A stretch of 63,762 nt of DNA, filler included, from Octopus bimaculoides (GCF_001194135.2; 5 parts of 5 records of this genome joined end to end with filler, not necessarily neighbours in it), one strand, 5' to 3'. Positions 13,973-28,611 are shown, numbered from the whole stretch's first letter. The notes: a model not told the origin generated them from the letters alone. Translations and numbers: made by a program.

Positions 13973-14439
13973 TTATTTTCTGCTCGATTGCAACGGAATT
14001 GGTGTTATACAAAAACCATGACTTTTTATTTCTTCATATCTTAACCCATTAAGTCCCACTGTCCTATAAATAGGACACTAAATGAGAACATTAAATAAGC
14101 AATATCACATTGTCTCAGTGTCCTATTTATAGGACACCGAGTATTTCGATTTCTACTTGAATTAAAGGAGTTTTAATAATTATTTTTTTTTCATTTTAGC
14201 CTCTTTCAATCATCTGTAAAAATTTAAAAGTAATATTCAGAAATTTAAGTTCTCTGGGACTTAATGGGTTTAATATATCCCACAGCTTGTCGATTTTGGC
14301 TCACTTCATGTTTTGCTCACTCTCCCTGCGTCAATATTTTCATTTTGCATCTTAATGTGGATCATCATCTCTCCACATACTTCATCAATTATTTTCACCT
14401 TTTTCGTTGCCTGTCCGTCTGTCTCTCTCTGTCTCTCTC

Positions 14440-14485
<46 letters not shown>

Positions 14486-15399
14486 TCTTCTTCTTCACTT
14501 CCCTTCTCTTGCATAAATGATGTTATCTGTGGATAAATATCGCAGTAAATTTGCTTTTCGCGATGTAGTTATATTAATTACGATACCCAGATGGTTATAA
14601 CTTTAAAATATATTCACCGGATTCTACTAATAAGTTAGATATGACCTACGCTTCAGCTGCCTGAAATCTACCTCAGCTACACAATATGTTATACTGGCAT
14701 TATACTTCCTCGGCGCTTCTGCCTCGTTTCCTTAAGGTTAGTTCTGTTGATGAGAAACAGTTCAATGCCGCTCAAACTTCTAACGCAACTTGTACCTGTT
14801 CATCAATCATCTCAATGTTTTTTTCGCTGTGATTGTGGAGAAAGACACTCAAGTAACTTGTGTCCGGTTTATTCAACATATTTAAGCGTGCTATGGGCCT
14901 ATAGTTTATCTACAGGAAAGAAATGAACCAAGGTGATTTTTAGAAGTCTCTCAGAAAATCTTAACCATTTTCTCTCCTTTTTGAGGAACGGTTAAATAAT
15001 TGAGGGACTTTAAAGGTCAAACAGTGTTAGTCTTTGATTTTACTATTCCAGCCTGGTGGAGTGTCCTGTTATGTCAAAATGTACTTACCGGTTCGACAAA
15101 TATACATTGATAAAATATGTACAAGAATGAAATATTTACTGGGGTCGATATGATCCTTTAACGCCGTTGAACACGTGGCTCCAGCATAACCGCACCTCAA
15201 TAGCTAAAACAAGAAAAACTATACCTCTGCCTTCGCTAAGGCGGAAGTAATAAGTCAACCAATCTTCTCATCATGTTTGTACTAGGAACAAAAAGAAGCA
15301 GATTCATTTAAGTAACAAATACACATACACATGTGCGTGCGCACACACGCAGGTACGCATGCATACACACACGGGCATGCTCACACACACGGGCATGCT

Positions 15400-15433
<34 letters not shown>

Positions 15434-16587
15434 CGCACACAGGTACGCACAAGCGCGTGCGCAGACAGGCAGGCACACACTATTTTGTCTGTTGAGATTC
15501 AGATATTTTTCTTACAGAATTTTAAGCGACAACCTTATTCTTTGTGTAATGTGGTATTTAACTTCTTCGAGTGCATTTGGACGTGATAAGGCCTTTCGCT
15601 GCAGAAATAGTGCCGGGAAAAAATTCCACGCCTAGACATATTTGAAACCACATTTGGGGGAAGGCGTGTTGTGACATCACAGGATCATAAGATGCAGAAA
15701 CGCAGTTGAAGGTCTTATCCCGTCCGAAGACACTCTAACGCGTTAAACATAACTTTACACGAATATAGTCTATTCAACGCTGCTTCGTGCGACAGTATTT
15801 ACATATTCCTTTTCTTTTTCTGTTTTAACGTAGAATTAGCGGTAGCCTACATCTTCAAATGGTTTAAGATAAAGTTTGCAAACACAAACTTAATTGAATG
15901 AAAAAGACTCAAAATTTCATTAAATAGCATATGAGTATACGCATATTTATGTTGATCTATATATCACTTTTCCAACATTCCTCACTCACTGTCAGGGTAA
16001 TTTCTCATTCCGCGTCTCGTCTCATATATCTCATCCACTGTAGATATTTAATTCCTGCTTTTCAGAGATATCTAACAATATGCCACCTCTCACTCCCTCA
16101 ATCATTTAGACAACTTTTGTTGGGTACATTTATTTATTTATTCTTTTGACCTTCCGGCATCAATTGTTCTACTTCTACATAAATTGTTATCTATATATTG
16201 GCCCTAAATAAAAGCTCAAGAAACATTTCTAAGTCTATAACGAAGCATTCATCTTTTAAATTCGGTTACAACACATCATGGAGGAAAAAAAATCATTATA
16301 CTTTGAAACTGAAGCTTTTTGATGTTCCCTCCAACACAAGCTTTTATATGTAAGTCATATTCTTACATATTTTTACATATATTTTATGTATTTATCCTAC
16401 GAATGGAGCACGTCTTAAAAATAAACAGAAAAGACAAAAATTCGACAAACTATGAATCAGCTCTTCCGTTTGTAAATAAATTCGGACACATAAAAATATA
16501 CACTCTCTCTCTTTTTCTCTCATCCTTTCTCCCTATACACACACACTACACCACACACACACACTACACCACACACACACACTACAC

Positions 16588-16621
<34 letters not shown>

Positions 16622-17736
16622 CACGGGCAAATATACACATGCAGTCATTTACCCACGTATAAGCACATTTCACAACGTCAACAAATCGTGGCCACCCTGT
16701 TGCGAATACTCCCGGATCAGGAATCTCATTCGAGGTTAACTGCGATATTCTAGAATGCAGATCCCTACTGTCGGAATCCAGAAATCATGGTGTCTTCCTC
16801 CCAGAGCCTGCCCCTCCCACCATTATCGAAATATTCTGAAAGAAGGTCAGCGCGTACGAATAAATACTTTGCATTAATTGTTTGGTAGCTTTGTACTCCG
16901 AGTTCAAACTCTGCCGATAGAAAAAAGTAGCAGCCTAGAGTTCAGCGCAATGAAATGGTAGAATTCTTAAAATCTCACACCTTCAGAATACATTCCAACT
17001 CTTGTATTCTCAGTTCTTGGGCGGTCGATCTATACAATCATCCGATTCCACACTATTACCGGATTGTCTGTACCTTCAGAGAACTTCCCACTGTTTGTAA
17101 TCGTTCAGACTCGACATTTCGAGAGCGTTGTTTTCTGTCTCCTAGTCAGGGGGACACGCAATGGCAATGGCTCCTTACAGGTCTTCCGAGACTTGTAGAA
17201 GGAAGAGAGGAAGTTATCCTCAAAAACGGAGTCTAGATCCGAATGCTAGCAACAGTTCGAACTCTACTAAAGACACCCAAAGGGCCTGATGGTTGTGTAA
17301 CACAGGATGATGTATTAAGTCTATCATCAAAGCAAGCTATGGCAAGATTTGAATATAGAACGCGAAGAGCCAAGGCAGTTACAATCTGATTTTCAGGTAA
17401 CTTATCCTTTTATCTTGTTAGTCTTGGACACCTTAACAAAAAGAAAAAGTAAATAAAGGGCCTTGAGCTTTGCCCTTCTCTCCCTAAGTAAACGATGACA
17501 ATTGGGCTCTGCCATTTGTGCTAGAACTCAAAGTATATGCTTCGGAATAAAGCGTTATTCGAGAACAGCGCGTAAATATGAAATTAAATGAAATCTCCGA
17601 GGAAGTATTAAGGTGACGCACAAGCACTCAGGTCTGGATGTACTGTATGTAGTAGCAGAAACAGCTGCAAGCTAAGGCATTTAATTGCATAATCTCCTAT
17701 TCCACACACACAAACACACGCACACATATATACATA

Positions 17737-17811
<75 letters not shown>

Positions 17812-17821
17812 NNNNNNNNNN

Positions 17822-17854
<33 letters not shown>

Positions 17855-17862
17855 CATATATG

Positions 17863-17899
<37 letters not shown>

Positions 17900-18418
17900 A
17901 TATATATATCTCATAGCACAGATACACACACACACGCACACAAACTCATTCACGCGTGACAACACGCTCACGCTTACATAACGTGTTCCTCCAATCTCTT
18001 AACCCATCACACATGCATCTCGCCTAATTTCTTTAACTGTCACTTCTTTTGACAGTAAATCACCATTCTACTCACTTCCGCTCTACCAACCGCCCTTCTA
18101 CCGTTCATTATGTATTTTCACCAGAATCGACGCTGTTTTGCTTTGTTTTATTTATTTACTTTTCATTTATCTATTTTGCATTCTTTTCCCACTACACTTT
18201 ATTTCTCATTTCTGTTGTCAGCAGAAGTCTCTAGACTGGAACCTTCAGTTCGTTTTCCCCGTTCCTCACTCGCAACCTAATAGTAATCCTTTCGGATCAT
18301 TTTGGTTTGACGGGCAACACTTGTTTTCTTAACGAAACACTTTCAAACTTGGGACACTGATAAAATGTGTCATATAAAAAGAATTGTACATCGCAAGTTG
18401 TTTCATGTTAAAGTTGTC

Positions 18419-18886
18419 GGACGCACGTACCGTTCGTTGTCGCACAGGACGGACGTACGTTCACGCGAAACGAACGAACGAACGGAGGCACGTACCGTTC
18501 GTTGTCGCCCAGGACGGACGTACGTTCACTCGAAACGAACGAACGAACGGACGCACGTACCGTTCGTTGTCGCCCAGGACGAACGTAAGTTCACGCGAAA
18601 CGAACGAACGAACGGACGCACGTACCGTTCTTTGTCGCCCAGGACGGACGTACGTTCACGCGAAACGAACGAACGAACGGACGCACGTACCGTTCGTTGT
18701 CGCCCAGGACGGACGTACGTTCACGCGAAACGAACGAATGAACGGAGGCACGTACCGTTCGTTGTCGCCCAGGACGGACATACGTTCACGTGAAACGAAC
18801 GAACGAATGGAAGCACGTACCGTTCTTTGTCGCCCAGGATGGACATACGTTCACGCGAAATGAACGAACGATCGGACGCACGTACC
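18419..18886. repeat. 65-bp CpG-rich tandem satellite, 7 full units then running into a gap
   Basis: Unit starts at 18419, 18484, 18549, 18614, 18679, 18744, 18809, 18874; unit GGACGCACGTACCGTTCGTTGTCGCCCAGGACGGACGTACGTTCACGCGAAACGAACGAACGAAC. Confidence 0.95.
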
Positions 18887-20123
18887 NNNNNNNNNNNNNN
18901 NNNNNNNNNNNNNNNNNNNNNNNNNNNNNNNNNNNNNNNNNNNNNNNNNNNNNNNNNNNNNNNNNNNNNNNNNNNNNNNNNNNNNNNNNNNNNNNNNNNN
19001 NNNNNNNNNNNNNNNNNNNNNNNNNNNNNNNNNNNNNNNNNNNNNNNNNNNNNNNNNNNNNNNNNNNNNNNNNNNNNNNNNNNNNNNNNNNNNNNNNNNN
19101 NNNNNNNNNNNNNNNNNNNNNNNNNNNNNNNNNNNNNNNNNNNNNNNNNNNNNNNNNNNNNNNNNNNNNNNNNNNNNNNNNNNNNNNNNNNNNNNNNNNN
19201 NNNNNNNNNNNNNNNNNNNNNNNNNNNNNNNNNNNNNNNNNNNNNNNNNNNNNNNNNNNNNNNNNNNNNNNNNNNNNNNNNNNNNNNNNNNNNNNNNNNN
19301 NNNNNNNNNNNNNNNNNNNNNNNNNNNNNNNNNNNNNNNNNNNNNNNNNNNNNNNNNNNNNNNNNNNNNNNNNNNNNNNNNNNNNNNNNNNNNNNNNNNN
19401 NNNNNNNNNNNNNNNNNNNNNNNNNNNNNNNNNNNNNNNNNNNNNNNNNNNNNNNNNNNNNNNNNNNNNNNNNNNNNNNNNNNNNNNNNNNNNNNNNNNN
19501 NNNNNNNNNNNNNNNNNNNNNNNNNNNNNNNNNNNNNNNNNNNNNNNNNNNNNNNNNNNNNNNNNNNNNNNNNNNNNNNNNNNNNNNNNNNNNNNNNNNN
19601 NNNNNNNNNNNNNNNNNNNNNNNNNNNNNNNNNNNNNNNNNNNNNNNNNNNNNNNNNNNNNNNNNNNNNNNNNNNNNNNNNNNNNNNNNNNNNNNTTATT
19701 TCTAACAGACTGAATTCTTTCTTACTTAACGCTTTCACTCCCTATAGAGCATAGTCGTTGTGGCCCAGGACGCTCATCTCTCTCTTTCGCATTTGGTTAT
19801 TATTTCTAACAGACTGAATTCTTTCTTACTTAACGCTTTCACTCCCTATAGAGCATAGTCTATCGACGGCTTTTATTGAATGTTCTCAACCCTAGACTAT
19901 AAGGCCTTCATCTTTCACATCTTGCTTGATTTCGATTTGTCATCGATGCTTGTGTAACTTTGGTGGCTTTTTTTTATGTAAGGCAGGCGTTTTCGCTTCC
20001 AGCAAACCATTTTTACCTCTGGGAAGAAGTTGTCCACATTAGTCTACCTCTATCCTTTGACCTGTCTAACATAGGAGGTCTTAACAGGAGCTTGCGATCC
20101 AATGGCATAGCTCTCAGAGTCAT

Positions 20124-20209
<86 letters not shown>

Positions 20210-20436
20210 GTGCCACACGTCAAGACCTTGTATAGGTAACATAACTCTCCTGCACTTGCACGATATATATCATACTCAGTAATACTACTAAGTGCATTAG
20301 TAACCATGCCACGAAACTGGAAGCAGACTACATGATGACAATCTACGTAGAGCAATAAACTCCGCAGTAACAGTCGCTCATCTAACTGCACATAAAAGAT
20401 TATATATATATATATATATTTCTTTTATTTTTCTTT

Positions 20437-20620
20437 TATCTTTTACTTGTTTCAGTCATTTGACTGTGGCCATGCTGGAGCACCACCTTTAGTCGAGCAA
20501 ATCGACCCCAGGACTTATTCTTTGTAAGCCTAGTACTTATTCTATCGGTCTCTTTTGCCGAACTGCTAAGTGACGGGGACGTAAACACACCAGCATCGGT
20601 TTCAAGCGATGTTGGGGGGA

Positions 20621-20650
<30 letters not shown>
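20437..20650 (-). mobile_element. SINE family A, 3' half; further partial copies at 6060-6230, 11152-11262, 22258-22400, 24565-24905, 25655-25850, 28040-28190, 28840-29045, 39565-39690, 62285-62460
   Basis: Sequence identity by eye with 4722-5102. Confidence 0.85.
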
Positions 20651-20654
<4 letters not shown>

Positions 20655-21169
20655 ATATATATATATATATATATAATTTGATTCGTCCTTAGTTGAAAGA
20701 CACCCGTTGTTAATGTCCTGTTATTTGTATTTGTGTACCATTTCTCCGTTTTTTTCCTTCCTTGTTTTCGTATACATTCGGTGCTTTCTTCCAAGGAATC
20801 TAGTGCTCTTAGCCTAGTTTTTCCTTGGTGCTGACCAGATTGGAGCAATCTCGAGTATAACCAGCCGACGTTGCAAAGATAATCTGGAACTCGACTGAGG
20901 AAAGAAAACTCCGAATGACCCGTCCTTGTTTTCTTTGTATTGTCTGTCTGGATGTTGTGTTGCCCTCTTTTTTGCATCACCTAACTGTCTGGATGTTTTG
21001 CATTCTTGTCCCATTTTTGTATTATATATTTATATGTATGCAAATGGATTTTTTTATACGGCGCCAAGGGCTTATATGCCCCTTTATTAGACTATTTTCC
21101 CGAGTCATGGCGCGGTGATCGCCATAAGCTTTAAGCTTATATAAAAATACCATTATTATCATTTATAGG

Positions 21170-21210
<41 letters not shown>

Positions 21211-24200
21211 GTATATATACATGTACATATATATACACAAATATCTCTCTCCTCACCGCTTACTCTATATACATATATGTACAGGCATATCTTTATACAC
21301 ACATATACGCACACACACACACATGCATGCATACATACATACATACATACATACATAATATCAGTGTCAAATTTTGGCATAAGATCAGCAATTCCGGAGA
21401 AGTGAGTAACTCAGTTACATCGACCCCAGCACCCAATTGGCACTGAATTCATCGACCCCGAAAGAATGAAAGGTAAAGTTGACCTCGACCGAATTCGAAC
21501 CCAGAACGTAAAAAAGTATTTTGCCTAGCGTGTTACGATTCAGCCAACTCACCACCTTGTATACATACATAATGTCGTAGTTGTTTAACATATGGATATA
21601 TATCTGAGACACATATATATCTACACACGCACACGCACACAGACTTATACACATACACACACACACACACACACAGACGAATACACAGCAATCTTCTAGT
21701 GTTCTTTATTCCCCCAAGGCCGACCTTTTTTTAAAACTTTTTTTTACTGTAAGTACCCGTGTACATTCATCTCGATGACTTTTTATACATACACACACAT
21801 ACACAAATACATGCATGTACGCACGTGTGTGTGTGTGTACTTTTTTTTCTCTCTCTTATGTAGGATTTGCCAATGTTCCTTTGGGAGAGATCAGTGTCAG
21901 TTTTTATTTCATGTTCCTTCTCAAGTTATGTGTCTAATCTAATGATATTTTCATCTTCCTCCTCGTAATTTCTAAACTGCAGTTGGGAAGGTCAGCTACA
22001 TTTTTGAAGTTAGTATTTCATTCAAATCACTTGAGAACGAAAACTCTTCGGCTCAACTACTTTGTAACATTACTAAGTGTTTTAGTCATCATCTTGAACA
22101 ATTTTTATTTTCTAAGTAGAAAAGTGAACGTAAGCAAGGCCTTTTTTTTTTTATATGCTAGTATGTAACTACTGACTGTAGATTTTTTTTTGTAAACCTA
22201 AATTGCGATAATGGAGGTGTTTGCTTCTTACAAACTAGTATCTTCTTTGTGCTTATCATCTTTTACTTGTTTCAATCATTGAACTGTGGCCATGCTGGGG
22301 CACTCTCTTGAATGGCTTAGTTGGATAAATCAGTCTCAGAATTATTTTTTGGAGTCATGTACTTATTTTATCGAAGCGGACGTGAAGAATGTGGACCGCA
22401 CCCCCTTCCGTTATTTATTTATTTTTANNNNNNNNNNNNNNNNNNNNNNNNNNNNNNNNNNNNNNNNNNNNNNNNNNNNNNNNNNNNNNNNNNNNNNNNN
22501 NNNNNNNNNNNNNNNNNNNNNNNNNNNNNNNNNNNNNNNNNNNNNNNNNNNNNNNNNNNNNNNNNNNNNNNNNNNNNNNNNNNNNNNNNNNNNNNNNNNN
22601 NNNNNNNNNNNNNNNNNNNNNNNNNNNNNNNNNNNNNNNNNNNNNNNNNNNNNNNNNNNNNNNNNNNNNNNNNNNNNNNNNNNNNNNNNNNNNNNNNNNN
22701 NNNNNNNNNNNNNNNNNNNNNNNNNNNNNNNNNNNNNNNNNNNNNNNNNNNNNNNNNNNNNNNNNNNNNNNNNNNNNNNNNNNNNNNNNNNNNNNNNNNN
22801 NNNNNNNNNNNNNNNNNNNNNNNNNNNNNNNNNNNNNNNNNNNNNNNNNNNNNNNNNNNNNNNNNNNNNNNNNNNNNNNNNNNNNNNNNNNNNNNNNNNN
22901 NNNNNGTTGATCCGGGGCTATAGTAGAAAATACTTGTCCAAGAACCTGAAAGCACGTGATTGCAAAGCGAGCTTCTTAACGACACAGCCACGCTTGCGAA
23001 AACGATACTAGGAAAATACATATACTCACTTACTCGCACATTCATATAAATGTATTATGTTGCCGCGCACACACATACACACACAACTACATACATAATA
23101 CCATTGTCAGAACGTCACGTGAATGCTCCATTTCTTATTGCTGATAATGAAGAATAATCCCTATCATTTTCTTTTTTTTTTTCTTTTTCGTTTCTATAAA
23201 ACGATTATTTAAATCCGTTTCCATTGCATTCTCAATATCGAACTCGTATTTTAACTTGTAGCAAATATTTCATTATTTTGTGACTTTTTAATGAGGTTAT
23301 ATCAATACATCAACCAACGTATTATAACAATAGATAATTTGTTCAACCATATGTGGTACTACTGAAGGCGGATAACGCTTTCCTTTGGGATACAGCAAAT
23401 GAGTCAAACATTGTTTGTTTTCTTGGCTAACGTGATTTTGTGTCATCATTGGTTATTTTGCAATAGACGTTGTGTTCTACTTTATTCATGGCTTTAATAG
23501 AATATTCTTGCAATTCAAATCTTGATTTATCGGCAGATTTAGAATTATACGGCGTTTCGCATTTCCGTGACATATTCAGGCTTTTCTTAATCTCATGGAC
23601 ATTTTCAACAACTCAACATTCATGTTTCTTTGTGATATATGTTTGTGTCTTAATATATAAGAGAAATTAGTTTTAAATCTCTTCCAATTAATTTCACTTG
23701 ACAGAAAGCGAAGACAATCAGTTTATTTCATTGGAAATTTGCAATCTGTCGACCTTCCGGTCTCTATTTTCTCACATCCATTATCTATTCAAACATTTTG
23801 TTTGGCTGGACAATTTTTTCTTCTTCTTTTTTTTTGTGTGTATGTGTGTGACGAGCAGAGTTGGAGATTAATCCAGTATAAAGCTTTTCTATAAACATAA
23901 ATCAAGCATTTTATTTATTACGTTCCAAAACCATTACATCGTCCTCCGAGCGCAATTGTTTTGTATTAAGGGAGACAATCCAACAAACGTGAGATATATT
24001 TTATTGGTGAAGCCGTGGAGCTGCGTTTCAATACAGAAATGCTATACAAATTAATTATACATTCCTCTTCGAGCCATATTCTGTTTCTAAGATTGTTGTT
24101 TAATCTCGGAGCATCTCTGATCTTGAAGAACGATCGTAGAGGCAGTTTAGCTTTGGCTATCCTGTTCTTCTTCATGAAACACATTCGATTACCAAAATTG

Positions 24201-24715
24201 CAGTTGGTCAGCCTCAAAGCATCTGTGATCGAACAGAATAATGGTAAAGGCATTCGTACCGTGACCATCCCATTGTCTCGTGACCTACATTATGTCTTTA
24301 GACCTACATTATCTGGTCCACCATCTCTTCTTCAAGTCGGCAGAGAGTGATGTTCATGAGATTTGGTTGTCATTTTTATCAAGTTTATCAGGTTTTATCA
24401 ATCATTAATTAATCCACATGAAATTAATGACACAATCACTAATTAGTATAAAATAGATTTTGAAAAGTCAACACTGACGTCTCTTTGGTGTTCTGAGAAC
24501 AGCCAGACGGTTTACAAGAAATGCGCTGTTCGAATCCCGCAGGCGATGTTACAACTTAACAGGCGTGAGCATGGTTAAGAATCTCTGTGGTTAAGAATCT
24601 CACTTTACAACCATGTGGTTTTGTGTTCAATCCCTGTGCGCGCACTTTGGACAAATGCCTTCTACTATAGCTCCGGTTGTCAATGGTGTGGGGAAGACAA
24701 GCATAAACACATGCG

Positions 24716-24758
<43 letters not shown>

Positions 24759-25885
24759 GCAACGGGCTTCCAAACAGATGCCATCTACTAAATTCACTCA
24801 CAAGGTATTGTTTGGTCCGGGGCTATTAGTGGAAGACATTTGCCCAAGGTACCGTGCAATGGGACTGACTCTATGGATACATAGTTGCAAAGAAAGCAAG
24901 CTCCTAGATGGTTCCGCTATGTTAGTGAAGATTTTGAAATTTCACTTCAAATCAAAATCGAAGTAACGCAATCGTTATTTCATCAGTCCGGGCAACGATA
25001 CGTTCACTGTAATATATTTCTGAATAAACAAATAAATAGATAATGTCAAATATAAAAAAAAAAAAAAAAAATTTTGTTGTGTATACATAATACAGATTTC
25101 TGAATCTAATCAAGAATATCAGTGTTTTATTGTGAAGTGTATTCGGACAAACAAGTGAAAAGCAAGTGTTTTGGATTAAAATTAATTCTTCACCCTGAAA
25201 ATAAATCCAGGTCGTGGATTAAATTAATTCGCCTTCCGAAAAGAAATGTAAGTTTTGCATAAAATTTAAGGTTTTTCTCTATGAAAAGACATTCACATTA
25301 ACATACGATGCATCTCTTCTCTATCAAAAACTAACATATTTACGGTATTTGCCGTATATTTTAAGACGCGAGATTTTTTTATTATTATTTTAAAACGTAT
25401 GGAGCATTGCCTTGCTAAATTGAACTTCTCCCTGAAAGATGAAAGGAATGTTAAACTTTCATCTGCTTATCAGCTATTTGCAATGAGTAGATGACAACAA
25501 AATCATAGCGGTGGTGGACCACCCTGGTGATTGATGGTGGTAACACAAAACATGATAGACAAAAATTTGAGTTTTACTTCCTGTATGGCATTTTTCTTGA
25601 CCAACAACAACACAGTTGATCTGAAAGATGAAACTGAAGTAGGGTATAATAGTTTTATCTTTTGTCTTTTACTTATTTCAATCATTAGACTACGATCATG
25701 CTGGGGCACCGCCTTGAAGAATTTTTAGTCGTATGAATCCAGCCTAGGACTTTTAAAAAACATCCTGGCACTTATTCTATCGGTCTCTCTTTGTTGCTAA
25801 TGTTACGGGGACGCAGACACACAAACACCGGTTGTCAAAGCGGTGGTGGGGTACATACACATGTACACACACACACATATAGATT

Positions 25886-25923
<38 letters not shown>

Positions 25924-26225
25924 NNNNNNNNNNNNNNNNNNNNNNNNNNNNNNNNNNNNNNNNNNNNTTAATTAATTAANNNNNNNNNNNNNNNNNNNNN
26001 NNNNNNNNNNNNNNNNNNNNNNNCATGCTAGCATGGAAAGCGGACGTTAAACGATGATGATGATGATGATGATGCACATCTGTGTGTGTGTGTGCCCGCG
26101 TGTGTGTGTGTGTGAGAGAGAGTTTAATATAAGAAAAGATGAAGAAAATGAAGTTCAAATTGCAAATTATCCACTACTTCCTGAACATATAGAGAATTAA
26201 ACAGCAGAAACTTAGAAAAATGAGG

Positions 26226-26270
<45 letters not shown>

Positions 26271-26280
26271 CATATATATA

Positions 26281-26700
26281 TGCGAGGGTAATCCTAAAAG
26301 CAAGATCTCCAAAATATTTAGAAATCACAGGAATGTTCATTGTCAATGTTACATCATTTTAAAGTTTGAACATTTATCTATTTTTGTACATAATCACCAT
26401 TTTGGTCAATGCATTTTTGTAGGGACTGGGGCAGTTTTTGTATGCCCATGTAATACCTGCTCACTGCCATGTCGTCGAGGAAGCATTGAACTTCATCTTT
26501 CAACTCTTCTTACTGAAGTACATTCTGACCAAATATTCTTTCAACTTAGAGAATAGGTGGTAGTTACCAAGTGCCAAATCCAGACTATAAAGTGAGTTGC
26601 CGTTTATGGTCTTTTGTGAGGATTCGTGGGACCCATCTTGTGCATGCTCTCCAATATTGCAACTTTTCACACAAAACCCTATCAACAGTGCTTTGGGAAA
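26281..26700 (-). mobile_element. mariner transposon 3' remnant
   Basis: YSLDLALGNYHLFSKLKEYL and, after a frameshift, YMGIQKLPQSLQKCIDQNGDYVQK*; mariner-type TIR end TGCGAGGG at 26281. Confidence 0.8.
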
Positions 26701-26934
26701 AGCACTGTTATTTCCAGCAGGTAGACATACTTAGTATGTCCTTTGATTAATTTTAATCCTTCAGCTATTTAATGCTTTTTGAGGGCCTGCAATGGTCTAT
26801 ATTATTGATTTTGTTATCATTTTTAAATTGTTACACTAGATAATAATAGAGTCAATGATATCTTTGCAAATTATTTTCCTGTGAATTATTTTCATCATGA
26901 ATTATTTGCTCCGTATTGAAATTATAGATACATG

Positions 26935-27335
26935 TAGGCACAGGAGTGGCTGTATGGTAAGTAGCTTGCTTACCAACCACAAGGTTCCGGGTTCAGTCCC
27001 ACTGCATGGCACCTTGGGCAAGTGTCTTCTATTATAGCCTCGGACTGACCAAAGCCTTGTGAGTGGATTTGGTAGACAGAAACTGAAAGAAGCCTGTTGT
27101 ATATATGTATATATGTGTGTCTGTGTGTTTGTGTGTTTGTGTGTCTGTGTTTGTCCCCCCCCTACATCACTCGACAACTGATACTGGTGTGTTTACGTCC
27201 CTGTAACTTAGCGGTTCAGCAAAAGAGACCGATAGAATAAGAACTACACTTACAAAGAATATGTCCTTGGGTCAATTTGTTCAACTAAAGGCACTGCTCC
27301 AACATGGCCACAGTCAAATGACTGAAACAAGTAAG
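26935..27335 (+). mobile_element. SINE family A, full-length, CpG-decayed copy
   Basis: Full structure with many CG-to-TG/CA changes relative to 4722-5102. Confidence 0.9.
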
Positions 27336-28289
27336 AACAAATAAATACAATCAACTATTTACCCATCCCCAAATCTGGAAGCTTTGTACCAATATATAAA
27401 AAAAAATTCATATTCTTCCTGAACAGCAATGTCTTTCACAGACACATTTTTACTCTTATCTTCCTCGTTCTCATTATCTAGTCTTTTTTATCTTCATTGT
27501 CATTGTCATTGCTTCACCATAATATTTCTTTTCTCATCTGATACAATTAGCAATACAAAAATGGTTAAACTATAATATCTTCTCCACATTGTTGAAGTGT
27601 TGACAGTATTTGTGGCCTATTGAAAGGCAGACCAATATTCTATAGTAAGATAACATGACAGTTTTGAAATAGATATAAGAATAAAAATCATTTAATGCCC
27701 ATTGGCACTTCAATTGATGAATGTGTAAAATAGATGTAAATATCAAAACAAAAATATTTGTCTCTAAAGATGAGATTAAGAAAAAAAAACTATGATAATA
27801 ATAATTATAATCTTATTAACAACTCGTTTTAGACATTTAAGACATTTCATTCTAGCTTGTGTCTTCACAGCTCATATATTCCAGTATTCTTGCAGAATAC
27901 AAATATAATGCGCTTTGTTATTTCCAATCAGTGCTGTTTTTTTAAGGTTTCTTTCAACTTCTGTAAAGACCTCCTTCTCCAGTAATTAAATCAACTAAAA
28001 ATATTAGATATCTATATTTCCTTTTTAAATGTAATGCTTAGATATTGTGGTAGTTTGCTTCCCTGCCACATGGTTCCAGGTTCAGTCCCACAGCATGGCA
28101 CCTTACACGAGTGTCTTCTGCTATAGCCTCGGTCCAACCAAAGCTTTGTGGGTGGAATTCGTAGATGGAAACCAAAAGAAGCCTATTGTATAACAGACAT
28201 TCCAGTTGAAGACAATGTATAAGGGTTCATTAAGAAAACAGAAAAAAAAACCCTACTAAATAGACAATCGACAACACATTCACGCTAAA

Positions 28290-28611
28290 AGGAGCACTCC
28301 GTTGGTTACAACGACGAGGATCCCAGCTGATACGATCAACGGAATAGCTTGCTTGTGAAATTAACATGCAAGTGACTGAGCACTCCACAGACGTGTGTAC
28401 CCCTAACATAGTTCTCAGGGAGATTCAACATGACACAGAGTGTGACAAGGCCAGCCCTTTGAAATACATGTACTACTTATTTTTGCCAGCTGAGTTGACT
28501 GGAGCAATGTGAAAAAAAGTGTCTTGCTCAAGGACACAATGTGTCGCTGGGAATCGAACTCACGACCTTATGATTGTGAGCCAAATGCCCTAACCACTAA
28601 GCCACGCACCT
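28290..28611 (-). mobile_element. tRNA-derived SINE family C; related heads at 8772-8998 (+), 11492-11820 (-), 39915-40122 (-)
   Basis: Minus-strand head GCGTGGCTTAGTGGTTAGGG...GAGTTCGATTCCC followed by TGTGTCCTTGAGCAAGACAC. Confidence 0.8.

Noticed and set aside
16650-17400. GC-richer, coding-like segment (93-aa ORF 16955-17236)
   Set aside because: Probably decayed retroelement sequence, but no diagnostic motif could be identified by eye; needs tblastx or an HMM search.
18365-18863. Repetitive ORFs and CRISPR-like appearance of the 65-bp array
   Set aside because: No unique spacers; the unit length is not a multiple of 3; eukaryotic context; the ORFs are by-products of the satellite.
20760-20940. 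Possible degenerate hammerhead (CTGAGGA...CTCCGAAT...GTC) in a repeat
   Set aside because: GAAA is broken and stems I and II do not pair in this copy; a family consensus would be needed to rescue it.
23966-24350. Overlapping 100- and 111-aa ORFs as a host exon
   Set aside because: No recognisable domain; the candidate acceptor lies in a dispersed repeat and the donor is weak.
25968-25979. TTAATTAATTAA islands (also 52737-52748, 59005-59016, 62218-62229)
   Set aside because: Each sits between two N-runs of 44 (100 bp total) and has stops in all six frames: an artificial scaffold linker, not biology.
27360-27540. Minus-strand exon-like segment with good acceptor and donor
   Set aside because: All three frames contain stops.
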